DNA of 63,815 nt, the filler included, from Octopus bimaculoides (lineage: Eukaryota), in NCBI RefSeq assembly GCF_001194135.2. It is 5 parts of 3 records of this genome, joined end to end, with 100 filler letters (N's around TTAATTAATTAA, not from the genome) between each part and the next. Parts side by side here need not be neighbours in the genome. Positions count along the whole stretch, not along the records: positions 58,792 to 63,815 come from NC_068982.1; 4 more parts are not named here. One strand, written 5' to 3'. A model generated the notes under the pieces. It was given only the letters and a program-made list of their open reading frames with translations, was not told the origin of the DNA and ran no database searches. The stretch's first letter is position 1. Each line of letters begins with the position of its first letter. Shown piece after piece: positions 63,590 through 63,815 of this stretch. Both the position numbers and the translations under genes were made by a program.

Positions 63590-63815
63590 CTGGTCCTAAG
63601 ATACCCAAAAAGTTAAACGTTGCAAACTTTAAATTATCAAGCAACTTGCAAAGATTCCACGACGCTATAGAAAGTATTAATCTTGACCCAAACAATTTAT
63701 GGGAAGATTTCAAAACAAAAGTATTTCTGGCTGCAAGTTCGTCAGTGGGATTTAAATCTCATAAATCCAGAGATTGGTTCTCAGATAGATCAGCAGAAAT
63801 TCATGATCTACTTTT
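63590..63815 (+). mobile_element. RTE (BovB-like) linker fragment running off the window
   Basis: KLNVANFK...LWEDFKTKVFLAASSSVGFKSHKSRDWF. Confidence 0.7.

Overview
AT-rich, repeat-dense animal genomic scaffold with N-gaps. The SINE, RTE, Penelope and microsatellite content points to an octopus (inference). No prokaryotic genes, rRNA or CRISPR arrays are present. Most ORF-track entries are microsatellite, gap or antisense-TE artefacts. Main content: (1) a minus-strand multi-exon gene that the ORF track mostly misses. Seven exons with canonical splice sites and compatible phases lie at 50399-50348, 36969-36868, 36587-36392, 35597-35175, 33414-33282, 31464-31311 and 28166-28092 (1135 nt, about 378 codons, Ser-rich, no domain I recognise). 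Both ends are unresolved; a perfect RFX X-box lies at 59760-59773. (2) Many decayed TEs: RTE LINEs (with an internal PHD finger), RLE-type LINEs, Penelope-like elements (one with an intact-looking minimal hammerhead ribozyme), maT/mariner, Tigger/pogo, Merlin, rosa-like and hAT/piggyBac-like remnants, and about five SINE-type families. (3) A fully reconstructable ~2-kb inversion (8766-10735) that splits a mariner nested in a Tigger, with a duplicated or hairpin RTE motif at the breakpoint. (4) A tRNA-Asp-headed mini element interrupted at its A-box by another SINE, and two long intronic fold-backs that are candidate ADAR substrates. I found no convincing new multi-gene system. All calls were made by eye, with no database search.
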